From assembly GCF_008831285.2 (NCBI RefSeq), contig NC_045138.2:31682001-31746000 (forward strand): a stretch of 64,000 nucleotides of DNA. Reading direction: 5' to 3'. How positions within the stretch are numbered: the first letter of the stretch is position 1; each line of letters opens with the position of its first letter. Below, in pieces: positions 1-13,223 of this stretch. The position numbers and the translations under genes are program-made. Source of the DNA: Nymphaea colorata (Eukaryota). Under the pieces are notes generated by a model that was given only the letters and a program-made list of their open reading frames with translations, did not search any database and was not told the origin of the DNA.

Positions 1-1374
1 CCATCGTTTCCAAACTTGAAATGGTGAAACCATCAAGAAAACTACCCTGCTTGTCAGTTGGTGTTATGATCCAGGCATCTGACTGCTCAGATCGATTGAC
101 AGTTCTGTGATAACACATGGCAGTTCGGTGATGCTGTTCATGAATATCTAGATAAAGATAAACTAGCAAAGATGCTAACAACCATAAAAAGAAAGAACAT
201 ACCAGCAGCTGAAATGCAGACTTTGTTGATCGGCAATGGCTTGAGGGAGTCTCTCATGTTTGATCTTCTGTCTGGTTCATTGCCCATATGCTTCCTCATC
301 CTTAGCTTTTTTCCTACTCGCGTAATGCAAGCAGCCTTTATTTCCTTGTTCCTACTTCAATCTCTCGTACAACCAGCCTTTGTTTATCTCCCTTTCTTTC
401 TCTCCTAACCAACACTGGCCTTCATCATTCCTTCATCCTCTTTTAATACTACAATTATTGAAACTGTTCATTGACTGTTTGAAACACATCATTAGATCCA
501 CTTGCTTCAACTTTCATTTTGATAACAGCCTCTGATTGTGGACTAAGCAAGGGATATTTTTCTTTTCCCAAAGTTAAATCTTTGGTTATGGCTTTTTCTT
601 TCTGATGGTTCTTTTGACAGTCCATGTCTTACGATCAACATTACAAAACCATCCTGCCAAATTGTCTGCAAATGGGTCTTTTATTTTTACGCTAGATTTT
701 TATCAAAGAGCCCTTGAGGTTAACGATTAATAATTGACAGTCAATAAATTATGATTCTATTAATGATCCAACTGAAAATTTCAGATGCAACACCTGAGCT
801 TCGTCGACTCAAATGCAAAAACCTGTAATTTCCTTAGATGGTTGGGTAAAAAAGAGTATTTCATTCCAGGGCCCAACAAAAGAGTAGAAGCCCCCATCCC
901 TACAAGGAACCAAACTTGCTTGTAATATCTCGAGCTAATGCTTCTGTTATACTTCAACTTGATCATGAAATTCAACAAACAAATGTACTTTTATTTTTTT
1001 AAAGAATTACTTTGAAGGCGTATGCTTTGGTGACAAAGTGTCATTGGTTCACTTCAAAAATCAAGAGTTAGCTTGTTCAGGATTGACCCATGCACCCTAG
1101 TTCTACAGAACGAGCTGGGCAAAAATTTGGCCTAAGCTCCAGCTCAAACATTTACGGGATCTTTACGAAACTTGAACATTTCCAACTTTTGAAGTTGAGA
1201 AAAAGATAATCTTTGTGTTGGTATTTAGGTGTTGCATAAGGAGACTACAGCTTACACTTTGGTTTGTGAAAACATATTATAAATATGAGCTTTAAGTGGC
1301 GGATGTTGAAGCTCCTCTCTCCTTTCCTCTATTCTTAGAGTTCAAGGTTGCTTTGGGATATGAAAGCAAGACAT

Positions 1375-1581
1375 TAAGTCTGGGCACCGGGTTGGGCAGC
1401 TGCCAAATACCTGACACTCAGCCCCGAAAAAATGAGATCCGGGCCAGCCCAACTAGTTATCGGGCCAGCCCAGGTGGGCTCGATATGCCCGGATCTATAT
1501 ATTTTTAATTTAATCATGTTGGACTTGGGCCGGGCCCGGGCCAAAGTTTTAGATGTCGGGTGGGCCTGATGCTCATACTTA
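1375..1581. mobile_element. hAT-like MITE (GGGCC-rich family)
   Basis: Imperfect terminal inverted repeats (taagtctgggcac ... gatgctcatactta). Degenerate 8-bp flanking repeats caagacat/catgacac. A related left end starts at ~63817. Confidence 0.55.
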
Positions 1582-2696
1582 CATGACACTTGCCAACTAA
1601 AGTGCAGTATATCTACTGTTTGCAGTTCAAAAGAGTAATACCAATGAACATTGAATTGATGACCGAACTTTTACCAGTTTGTGAGCTAGATCAGTTATTC
1701 TACACTCACCTAAATGTTTTACCCACAAAGGACATTAACCATTTTCCTTATGAAAGTAAATCCATACAAAGTACTTGGTTTGGGACAATCATCTTCGAAA
1801 CAACATTTGTTCAAAAAAGTGCTGACATAATTCAACATGAAAATCAAACATGTCCAATTCATTTACATCTCTAATCGTCATGCTTATTTGGGTGAAGTTA
1901 ACGTTCAAAGGGCTTGAAGAAATTGAATGTGTAAGGGGTGGGTGAGTTTTCATTCAGAATAAAGAGCCTGAGGGCACCCCCGATGATTTCTTTTCCCACC
2001 CATCAAACAAGTCAAAGAGATTTATTTTTATTCCGCGTAAAGAGATTGCAGGCACCCTGGATGACTTCTTCTGCTTATCAAACGCCCGAAAAAAGATTCA
2101 TTGGGGTTGAATTTCTCAACCAGAATAAAGTGACGAAAGGAAACGAAAAATATGACAAAACTTATTATAAAAACTTTTTTGAATAGGAAGGAAAGAAGAG
2201 TAATTTTTTTTAATGCCAAATAAAAAAAATTTAAACACTATAAAACTTATTATCTAAAGAAAATCCTTTTTGTTAGACTATATGGATTCAAGAGTGCCGC
2301 ATGTCAAGTTTTGAAAAAGCTATTTTACATGTAAGGTATTTTTTTATTTTTATTTTTCAAGTTTTTTTTAAATAACTACTAAATATTTTATCACATAATT
2401 TTCTAGTAAAAAGGAAAACTAATAATGAAGCTAACTATTAACACAAAGAAATAGTACAAAATAACGATAACAATACAACGAACAAATTTTCTTCTGGATT
2501 TGGGAGAGCTCTACCATTTTACTGTCGTACAATTTCTTTTTCCTAAAACTTTTTCAAGAATATTATTAGAGCGCCATCAAACGCTATGAGTCCAAACCGA
2601 GTCCGAACCGTTAACTTCTTTCTTCTTCGTCTTCCTTTTCGCCTCCCTTTCTTCTTCGACTTCCTTCTGACCTCGTTCTCTGTAGGAGAGTAATCG

Positions 2697-5600
2697 ATGG
2701 CTTCAGAATTCCCGGATATAGAGCCGTCCCAATTCGACCTCATTGTCGTTGGCACCGGCCTCCCGGAATCCATCCTCGCCGCTGCTGCCTCTGTCGCCGG
2801 AAAATCTGTCCTCCATCTCGACCCTGCTCCGTTTTATGGCTCCCACTATGCCTCCCTCCCAATCGACGACTTTACTTCCTTCCTCAATTCCCACCAAGAG
2901 ACTTCTTCTACACTGAATGAGTCACCGTCGGCCGACGAAGAGAGCGCATTCCTCACGGTGGGTCTGCAGAAGCGGCCGCTATACTCCTCCGTGGAGATCT
3001 CCTCTGGCGATATTGGTTCTCTTGGCCGACCCAGAAGCTTCAACCTGGACCTCTCCGGCCCTAGACTTTTGTTCTGCGCAGACTCAATGGTGGACATGAT
3101 CCTGAGGTCCTCGGCTAGCCACCATCTCGAGTTCAAGAGCGTTGAAGCGAACTGCATTTGGGTCGGGGGAGAATTGAAGCCGGTGCCCGACTCGAGAGCG
3201 GCCATCTTTCAGGATCGTAGTCTGGGGTTGATGGTGAAGAACCGGTTGATGAATTTCTTCAAGCTCGTACGTGGTCATTTTGATTCTGAAGGGGGAGAGA
3301 GGATTTCGGACGAAGATATGGAGAAGCCGTTTGTCCAATTCTTGACCGAGCAAGGACTGCCCGACAACGTCAAATGGTACATATCGTCCTCTGCTCTTCT
3401 TTTTTGTTACTAAATGTGTCCGTTTTCCTTGTTTTGTTTCCTCGATGGAGCAAATTGTTTCTTCTTCTCCTCTTTTTAATTCAAATTGGGCGTACACAAC
3501 TTGTACTTTGGATTTTTTTCTGGAATTTTTGCTGAATTTTGTTGAGGGAAAGAAATGAAGAGATGATTTTCGGATATTTCCCTCCTTTTCTGTTTCTCGT
3601 ACTGCCCTTTCAGTTTCCTTGGTAATTTAAAGTCTTTCCTTTCCGTGAATAGAAGTGAAAACTAAGCCTCATCTGCATTTAGTTCTTTGTTGATCATAGC
3701 TGGAATACACCGTTTAAATTTGTTTTCTTAGGAGTGTTCCTTTTTTTTTCTTATCCCGGCAGTACCAATTTCTTGGCTTTTACATTTTGAACCGTGCGCG
3801 TCGAAATCACATTACTGTTGACAATAGGAGTATAGGACTACCAACAGTTTCCAGTTTATTCAACTCTAGCTAGGATCGATGCTTAGAGAAGTTGTTGTAT
3901 TCCTTTTCCTGAAGCATTCTTGTGTTGGTAAACTTGTTTAGTATTATTTTGTACGCAATAGCGATGGTGGACTATGATCAAGACAATGCGGAGGCACAGA
4001 ATCTGATCAAGACCAAAGATGGGATAGAGAATTTGGCTCTCTATAACGCGTCCAGTGGCAGGTAATCTGTATTTGGTTGCAGCAACTTTGTTAGTCTTCT
4101 ATAGTTGACCTTTTATGAACTTGTTTTTTTGGGGCAGTTTACAGTTTTTCTTTGAATTATCCTTTCTAAGGGGTAGAACCAGACATGAAAATAATTGTTA
4201 AACTATGGCTAGAGTTGATTTACGTTGGGTAATTGATGGCATAATTTTGGTGCTAAATCATGCAAAGGCTTATTTTGCTGAAGACGCTCAAGCATAGAAT
4301 ATGCTGCATTATTATGTTGCATTATTATCTTCAAATTGATTAATTTACTTGACTAATCAAGACCAATACAAGAATAGGGTTCCAGAGGTCCAAAAAAGGT
4401 TGTAGTGGGGTGAGACGGGCTGTTAGACATGGGCGTCACTCCTTGTGCAAGCTGATGTAAACGTGTAACATTTGATGTCAGAGAGCTATGAGGTGTCTGA
4501 AAATAGAAACAAATGGGATGAGAAGATATTTATAGAAAATTCTATACAGACCAAGATTTACACCTAAAATGGCTATCCATATCCAAGAGCTTGGTGCTAT
4601 GCAAATTCTTGTGTGGTCCACTAAGCCACTCAGGCTTGAGAGGTTAGTGAGAGAAGGTTTAATGATCTTGGTGATGTTCTGAATCGTGAATTGGATTCAT
4701 TTCTAAAGTTCTAGCTCATAACATAGAGATGGTGAATTGCATGAGCAGTTTTGCTACACGTAGAAGAAAAAATTTTCTAGAAGGCTTAGGTGGCTTGCGA
4801 CCTAATGAACAAACTTGAACCTCTGTCATGGCCTCATGAAACACTCCACTTTGCCTCCCATTATGTATTCTCTTATATAGAAATATATTGGGAAAATCCA
4901 ATAAACATGGTCGTATTCCCATATTTTCAGCTATATCCTTGTGATGTAGGTCTTAACTAGGCCAGCTCAACTGGCTTCCCTTGTTTACTAGCTCTACCAA
5001 AAGTACCATCTTCTCAATGTCAAAATGTCCCTTTTTCTCTTCTCCAGAAAGTAAGATTATAGGCTTCCAATAAATGGAAGTTGCAGGACTGAATTGCTTC
5101 AGGTCACCTGTACTCTATCTGACATACCTGGTCACTCGGAGATTTCCTTTATTTCACTTCATATCTTATGTTGCAGAAACTGAAACTAGAACAATGGTAG
5201 TGTCTTAAGACTGTAAGACATCCTAATACCACTCAGAATGCCTGAGTTCTTTTTCTTTTTCTTTTTTCTTTTTTTCTTTTTTTTTTTTTCTGTGGTCCTT
5301 GCCAGTTTATGTGTCTTTGTGCACCTATTCATAGGACTGGCTGGGAAACAATCTGAACAAACAGAACAACGCTGTTTGAGCCATTTGAATAGCTCATGCA
5401 TATCTTACATGTCATAATCAAAGCATGACTCATTTTAGTAACAAACAAGCTTGTTCAGTTTCTATCCATGAACTGTTAGGTTGATATGATGATCTGAGCT
5501 AAAACTTGACAAGCTAGAGCTTGCAAGGTTGTGAATGCGCTGTATCTCACATGCTGATAACAGCCCAACTTGTGCTTTTAATGACAAGTCTCATTGGGCT

Positions 5601-8600
5601 CACAAGTTTGTAGAAGTTGATTTAAGCTTATAGATAAAGCTAAATAACAAATAAATTTAAGCTTATCTTACATATATCATGATCAACAATATCAAACAAG
5701 CAAGCTTGTTCAGTTTCTATCCATGAACTGTTAGGTTAATTTGCAGCACGTAATAACAGAAAATTTAGGGCTTGTTTCGTACATATATGGACAGGTCATT
5801 CTGCTTGTCGGCAGCTGGTTTGGCTAATGAGTGAAGCCTGGATGAACACAACCTTTTCATACTTGATTCGCTACTTTTACCAAGCCAGCTTATTTGACCC
5901 ATTAACTTGTTGAGCCAGCTTCTTGGTTCAATGCCTGCCCCATGCATAGACCTGACCAGAGTCTTTCTTAACTTCCTGCTATGGTAAGCATGCTCCTTGT
6001 GACTATTACCAGATTCTCCATGGCATATTAGTGTGACTGCAAAAGTTAATGCAATTATTTATTTCTGAAAAGATTGATCATTTTTGTCTTGAAGTTGGTA
6101 TAAAGGCAGCAAAGCTTTTAAAGCCTGCACTGTTTGGCTACTTGCAATGACTCAAGTTCAGTTAGAAAAATCTTGCAAATTCTCAACCAAGTACTGTGAT
6201 ATATTGCATGTTCAAAGTTCGGACTGTTCTCATAAAAAATAATTGTTAGCCTATGAGTGATTTATCATTTTGCAACTTTTTGCTAGAAAAATTTTGAGAT
6301 CATATAAACTGTCAGTTTAGTCAGTTTTGGTTATTTTTTCATTTGGTACAATGATAGTTGATACAATTTATCTGTGTTAGCTGATCCTAGAAAATTTTGC
6401 TTTTAGATTTTCCAACACAGTGGGGTCATTTATCTATCCACTCTATGGCCAGGGAGAGCTGCCTCAGTCATTTTGTCGATGTGCAGCAGTTAAAGGTGCT
6501 ATTTATGTAAGTCAAGCTGATTTCACTGCCGACTTTTATACTGTCTATGGGATTTAAGGTGTTGTCCAAAACCAAGATTACATCCTTAAGCAGTTCTAAT
6601 GATTTTAATGGGTCGGGTGGTGGATCATCAATTGCTTCACGGTAGACAAAAGGCTTCTTTTTAGATGGTCTCTCTTAGATGTTATGCAAATGAATGTAAA
6701 TTGACCATTTGATTCTTGATACTTCAGGGTTTCATAGTGCTTAGTTACAACACTTGCCATTTATATGGTAGTTGTTTCTTAACTCTTATGTATTGGATAA
6801 TCTCTTTGGTTTCAGATTCTTCGTATGCCAGTGATGGAGATAATCTGCGACAAGGTATTTGACCACACCTGATCTTTTGTTTCATAAAAGAGTAATTTGT
6901 CATTCCTTGAGAATTTTTTTTGAAGGGAACTATTTAGTTGTTCAGGAAAATTTTCTTTGATGGCTTTTCCTGAGAATGGAGGTACCAGTTGCACCTTGTC
7001 TCCGGATCAATTCTAACGTTTTTTGTTACAACATGTCTTCACTGGAATACTCCTAGAAAGCACAATATTTCTTTAGTTGACTGCTTTTAGGAAGCATGTT
7101 CATTGTAAGTGCTGGTTAGGTATGATTTTTGGGCTTTTGCTTTTCTACCTGAATGTGACCTAGACTACATTTGGGAACCACAATATTATGGATGTTGGTT
7201 CAGTGTAATTTAGCTCATCCCATTCTGACCTGTTGGTACTTCTAATTATACGGATTGTGGAGGGTATTGAAAACACAAATGGTAATATCTGCTTATTAGC
7301 AAGGTTGACACCTATGTGATGACTTGTGTAAATATGTAGGAAAGCAGGCACTACAAGGGCATCAAGATAGCATCAGGACAGAAATTGTTGAGCAACCATC
7401 TTGTCCTGGATCCTTCATTTACAGATCCTGCATCAGCCTTCAATTCTCCCTCATACGGGCAAAATAATGAGAACCAAAGATCATATGTGGAAGTGGTTGA
7501 TGGTGTTCAATGTATCAAGCAGAAAGTTGCTCGAGCAGTCTGTGTAACAAGCAAGTCGCTGCAGTCAGATTTATCAAATGTCCTTCTGGTTATTCCTCCG
7601 AAATGTATGAAACAACTGTCCAACTATGGGACCGATTTCCCCCAATATCCTATGATACAAATACTTTTTTTTTGGATAACATATTAATGACATTGTATTC
7701 TTAAATTGCAGCCTTATACCCAGAGCAGCAGGTGTGCATTCGAGCACTTCAGTTAGGTAGTAACTTATCTGTTTGTCCACCAGACCTGTAAGTTGCTACT
7801 GTATTAATTATCAATCAGCAATGATACTATTGATGTTTGAAATGTTTCTGTGGGTTGAAGTCCCACTCTAATTGAAATTTTTGAATTTTTCTTTCTTCTC
7901 AGTTTTATTGTATACATTTCAATGTTATGTGATGAGGCTAGACAAGGAAAAAATGCAATATCTGCAGCCATGAATGCACTTTTCATGCTTCCTGTTTCTG
8001 AGAGTGCTGAGAATGATACATCACTACAAAGTGAAAGCAGTGAGTCCAAAGAGAAGCCAAAACTTTTATGGCATGCAATACATGTTCAAGAGCTAACACA
8101 GGTACCAAATTCCTTTTGCTTGATAAGGAATAGGAGCTATAAGAATTCTGGTTTTGGACGCTGCTTGCTTATTGCATGGTCTTCTGAATATTGTTTCTGA
8201 TTAATGCAGCATAAATTGACTGAAGGTATTGTCTCATGCCCCATGCCCGATGGCAAACTGGACTACAGAGATATTCTACAATCAACAAGAGAGGTGATTG
8301 ATTTAGTAAACTTTTAAATACAGAAAGTGTCAGATCTTTTTGTACAAAAGTAATACAGAACTTGAAGAAAATGCAATTTTGAAATAAAAGCTTTGAAAGG
8401 ATAAATTGAAAAATAGGTTGTTTTGGTAAGTTTTCAAAATGTTTAATTTTGGTTTTTTTGGAAGAGAAACATCAAGGAAAGTGGCGAGAGGAGAGGAGGG
8501 CCCACTTGGGAATAATCTTTGCTTGTGCTAGATGCTAGCTTACCAGTAAAATGACTCTTTATTCTGAGTGGCTACCTTTGGTTTGTGTTTTCCAGCTTTT

Positions 8601-8670
8601 TCAGAAGATGTATCCAGATGATGAATTTTTTCCAGAGGTGGCAGCTACAGAAAATGTGGAGGATGATTGA
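2697..8670 (+). CDS. REP: Rab escort protein (Rab geranylgeranyltransferase component A; GDI/REP family), ~545 aa
   Basis: Exons 2697-3376, 3942-4061, 6407-6506, 6816-6854, 7340-7604, 7712-7787, 7903-8101, 8210-8293, 8596-8670. All introns GT-AG, phases consistent, total 1638 nt. GDI/REP motifs [69 protein letters not shown]-terminus [13 protein letters not shown]. Confidence 0.95.
5446..5737. repeat. Perfect 37-bp direct repeat pair in REP intron 2
   Basis: caagcttgttcagtttctatccatgaactgttaggtt at 5446-5482 and 5701-5737. Confidence 0.9.
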
Positions 8671-10373
8671 AAGTGCTGAATTGGGAACGGGAAATGTCTT
8701 CAACAAAAGAAAACGTGTGCCTTTAATTTCAGATTTTGCAGATCTTTAACAGGTTCTACATTGCTTGTCGCTCCTGTGGAATTTGCTGATCTACTGACTC
8801 ATGCTTTGTTATTTAGGCCCTATAGATTGGCTGGAAGGTTATTTCTTCATGTATCTATATAGTTTTTCATGATTTTCAAAATTTGTTGTTCTTTAAGATG
8901 TTGCCCGAACAAAACGTTGACCGTGAGCCTGACTTACTTTGTCAGGGATGGCAAACAATTTATAGAGTTTCTTGCGGTATTGGACAATTTTCTTGTACAT
9001 CACATGAAATCCAAAGCCTATTTTCTTTACATCATCTCAGGAATAGGCATCATTGGAGCTCAACGGTCCTACGCTTCTTTTTTACAAGATGCCCATGCAG
9101 TGGCTAAAACTTTGAGTGTCTTCGGAGAATTTATTGCATGTAATGTAACTGAGTGGCTATTGTATGTAAAATCTTTCCTTTCATCTGCCAATTCTATTTT
9201 GATGATTTTGCGCTTCAGTATTGCTTGTAATATAACTGAAGTGACTATCGTATAACTTCTTCAATTTTCTTGACAGGCACAAGTAAGTTTTGTATAAAGG
9301 ACATACTTAGGTTGTTGATATCATATTTGTATTGGCCCGGATCGGGTGATAGATTGTACATCTGCTCCTCACTGAAATGATGCAGGGGCTGATACCTTAT
9401 GCAAACATTCTTAAATATGTGCCGAATAACATATTAGCCTTCTTGTTATAATAATGAATTGATATATTATTTTTTTAATTTATACATAACGGTCGGTAGA
9501 TCTCCGAATTCAGTATTAACAGCATTTGATTACGTCACATGATATCAGCAGAACGAATCATCCTTGGGACAGCATGAAGCTTGATATTAACACTAAATTC
9601 AGGACTAAAATGCCTGCAGTTGGGGCCATAAGATGGCAAATGGGTTGGCTCTGTCAGGGTTTTGCCCTTTTCACTGACTAGATAAATATAGTTGGCTCTT
9701 CTAGATAAGGTATTCTAGTTATGGTGCATGCCCTCAAATATGGATTGATCAATCTTGTGTAGTCATCAAGATTTTGAATGCAAAATAAATCCACTAACTA
9801 TATCAAAATGTAACAAGGTGATGTCTTTCGTAAGGCAAAACTTCTCTTTTTGGTTTCTTAACTGTACATGATCGATCTTTCGCTAGATGCTTAAGCCTGC
9901 AAATCCCATTTTTCTTTGTGGCAATTATCTGTGGCAGTTCTATGTAACAATTGCTTAAGAAAAGTTTCTATTTTATTGCAGTTTGATAAATATTAGTTTT
10001 TTTTTTTTTTTTGCTTTGAAAGTAGTTATACAGTATTAAGTGGTTTTCAGATAATTTTGTTTATCATTTTATTTGTATATTATTATATATGTTGTCTTCT
10101 ACCTGCTTCTCATTGAAATAAGGGCATGGTCCATATGACTTCTCTTGGTCCTAATCAAGGAGCTGGTAATTGAGTCAAATGATCTAAGCTTAACATGTTC
10201 TAGCTTAATTTTGACAGCCGAATGTTGAACCTCACTAAGAAACTGAGTGAAAAAGGCCTATGTCGATCATGCTAAGCTGAAAACTAACTTGTTCATACTG
10301 GAACTTAAGCTTTATATTAATTCATTTGCAACATGTGCAGTACTTCATCATGTTGCTTTACATCAACTACTGC

Positions 10374-10744
10374 TAGGGCTGCACTGCTAGGGCTGCACAG
10401 GAGCTGAGTTGAGCTCGAGCTGAGCCAGAGCTCGAGTTCGACCGGGATCAAAAAACTCGAGCTCGAGCTCAGCTCTAGTTCAAGCCCCATAGAGTAAGTC
10501 GTTTATGCTAACCTGTCTTGTTTGTTTTAACTCGTCTAACTTGTCAACTAATTTAACTTGTCAACTTGTTTAACTTGTTAGCTCATTTAACTAATTCAAC
10601 TATGATGCAGCAGTTTTACATAGTCAAGCAGAGTTGAGTTTAAATGAGTCCAGCTCTTACAACTCAAACTCGACTTGTTAACTAGTTGAGCTCAAGAGTA
10701 TGTTTGAGTTGAGCTGGAGTGGCCTGTCTCATTGTGCAGCCCCA
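10374..10744. mobile_element. hAT-type MITE (GAGCTCGAG-rich family)
   Basis: TIRs tagggctgcac ... gtgcagcccca. Perfect 8-bp TSD actactgc at 10366-10373 and 10745-10752. Confidence 0.85.
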
Positions 10745-11566
10745 ACTACTGCAGCAGATACCATTTGATTGAGCGATGCCAATAACCTATCATTCATTCT
10801 TGGTTTATCAAACTCATTTTTCGAAAAAACCGTGTATAATACCCGAGAAATAAGTCAGCCATATTAAACGGCAATTAGACGTGTCTTTTTTAAAGAACAC
10901 ATTAGAAAATAAAAACCATGAAAAACACATATTATACGCTTTTTTCACGTTTTTTTGTATTTTTTATTATTTTTTTACTTTTTATAATTCTTAGGATTTA
11001 TTAACTATTTTAAATTTTTTAAAAAATTGCTGAGATTTTCCCGAAATATTCTCGAGATCTATAACTTTGCCGTATTATAACTGAGAAATTCATCGTCGTA
11101 TAATACCCGTACACGATATATGTGACAATGGTTGCGTGATGCTTCTGATTGAGCATATCTTCATTCCAAATCCCTTCATTCCAAATCCCATCCAAATGCA
11201 GCCAAAGATAGAATGACCCCACTGTTGATTCTTGAGATGGTGATGCACATAAGAAATATTTATGTAGTTGAGATCTTGGGAAAAAGAAGTCCATATCAGG
11301 AAGCATTTTCATAAAACAATGACATTGTCAAGTTCATATCACATTGTCCAACAGCTCTACATAGATAATTTACAACTCGCATTTCTTAATAACTGAAATT
11401 ACAAAGATAGGGCATTCCTATGAAAGCCAATAAGACACTTGATGTTTCCATCTGAATGTAGACATTAACAGCTACACAGCTTAGCGAGCACATTTGAATG
11501 CACCTTTCGACCTTCTGCCAAACTTGAAAAGGCTAAACTCTTGGGCATATGTCAGTATGCTATTCT

Positions 11567-11632
11567 GCATGCTTGTTTGTCAAATATAACTATTTTCTCT
11601 GCATGCTTGTTTTCAAATATAACTATTTTCTT
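11567..11632. repeat. Tandem duplication of a ~33-bp unit
   Basis: tgcatgcttgttt(g)tcaaatataactattttct occurs twice in tandem. Confidence 0.85.
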
Positions 11633-11994
11633 GCTTTTCTGCTAACTTCTCAACAGTTTGTACAAGAATCTCTCGCTGCTCTTCTTTTTTCAAACACATC
11701 ATTATCCTGTTGTCCAAATTTAGTGTCTCTCTGTAAAGAGATAGCATCAGCTTATCAAATTATTATCATCTCGATGTTGATGTGTTTAAATCCACCGGTA
11801 TTTTGGTAGCAACATAATTTTGACATTGACTTGTCAAATATAAAATGATTTTTTTGGTTGCTACCTACAATAGAGATCTTCAGTTGATGTTGTAGTCCAG
11901 GCACTCGAAAAATCAAATCATAAAAAGATGTGTGAAAGTACTAACACCTAATCTAAACATATTAGAACTGATCCCCTGCAGTCTCTTGAAGATG

Positions 11995-12418
11995 TCAATA
12001 GCCCATGAGCAGGAAACCTACTGTCGAAGCACCATAAATGAACAACTTGGTCACTGAGAATGGCTTAATTGAGTTCAAATCCAGTCCTCCAGTAGAACTG
12101 CTGCATATATGCTTGACTGTGGAAGTCATGTCCAATAACAAAGTATCAATTTGGATGATTCTATTATTGATTTGTCTTTCATCCTCCCTGCATCAAGATG
12201 ATCACATAAACTGCAAACTTTTAGCAACTAGTGAGATTCAATACAAGCAGTTAGTGAACTGATGTACAGAATTCAACATTCAATATAATTAATCAGAAAG
12301 AGAACCTGACACTCAAGCGGGAGAATGACACAATCGAGATTGACAATGCAACGGTGAGGAATTCAACTACCCATTGTCTCTCTTCTCTCGTCTTGCATTC
12401 TAAGTAATGGCTACACAT
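11995..12418 (-). CDS. Putative two-exon 72-aa small membrane protein of unknown family
   Basis: Exon 1 12418-12306 (ATG ... AG|GTTCTC). 205-nt T-rich intron ending TGCAG. Exon 2 12100-11995 ends TGA. Phase-consistent, 219 nt. Protein MCSHYLECKTREERQWVVEFLTVALSISIVSFSRLSVSSSTGGLDLNSIKPFSVTKLFIYGASTVGFLLMGY has two hydrophobic segments. No homology search was possible. Confidence 0.5.
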
Positions 12419-12716
12419 CCTTCATCCCCCTCCTCTTTAAATACTACTGCACAGGAAAAGAAAAGCCACACGAAATTACGAATGAAATGAAATTTTTGTT
12501 GCCGAAAAGCTGTCGAAGCCCATGTGCTTACACTTTGAATAATGGTTTTTCTTTTTCAAAGTTGAGCCATTCTCTCTCTAGTCCTCTACAACTTTGTTTC
12601 TCTGGAGTAGCGCTTTTACCAAGTGGTGCATGCATTGCGGCAATAATGGAAAATAGCTCAAGAACCGTCAAGTTTAGAAATTGTGCCGCATTTTTTTGGT
12701 TAATCTAAGCATGTGA

Positions 12717-13025
12717 TGAATGTTACAAATAACGTCTTCGGGTTTTAAATGGTGAAGAAAAAGGAAACATAAGGTAAATTTTTTAAAAATTTTAAAAAAC
12801 TGAAAATAACTGAAAATAAAATAAGTGAAAAACTAATAATACAAACATGAAAAAAAAACTGTTTGACAATAAAAAACTGAAAAGAAATGAAAAAAACTGA
12901 AAAAAACGCAAAAAAGCGTGATCGTTTTTAACTTTTTTATTTTCAAAAAACGTGTTCTTTAAAGTTTTAAACAACCAGTTAATTTATCATGTTTTTTTCG
13001 AAAAAACACATTTTCTGTGACTATG
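12717..13025. mobile_element. Non-autonomous DNA element (A/T-tract-rich family)
   Basis: Ends and internal aaaacg motifs resemble the inverted copy at 25619-25945 and a partial copy near 10830-11140. Confidence 0.5.
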
Positions 13026-13046
13026 ATGAAAACATTTACTTATCAC

Positions 13047-13223
13047 CAGGGTAGAGCCAGAAATTTGTTACGAGGTACACTAAATTAAAGTTTCTAAATT
13101 TTGAGTATGGTAGAAATATCATTTTTCAAACTTTTTATATAAAAGAAGTGAATTTTTTTAAAATTTACATGTAAATTTAGAAAGTAAAATAAGGTGGCAG
13201 GCCGTATCTTAGCTCCGCCCTTA
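13047..13223. mobile_element. hAT-type MITE (CAGGGGCGGAGC-TIR family)
   Basis: Ends cagggtagagccagaaattt ... gctccgccctta. Degenerate 8-bp TSD cttatcac/cttattgc. Confidence 0.65.

Noticed and set aside
1..480. Exon-like purine-rich stretch on the minus strand with a GTATGT donor near 202 and a 49-codon frame open to the window edge
   Set aside because: Upstream frames contain several stops, the implied intron is only ~55 nt, and no family is recognisable. It may belong to something outside the window.
2494..2513. Resemblance to miR159/319 (tggatttgggagagctcta)
   Set aside because: Several mismatches and no complementary arm nearby.
4370..5000. Possible LINE/RNase H remnant in REP intron 2
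   Set aside because: Only vague peptide similarity, with no diagnostic motif that can be read reliably.
8869..9255. 128-aa ORF after REP
   Set aside because: Lies in probable 3'UTR, with no recognisable domain or promoter context.
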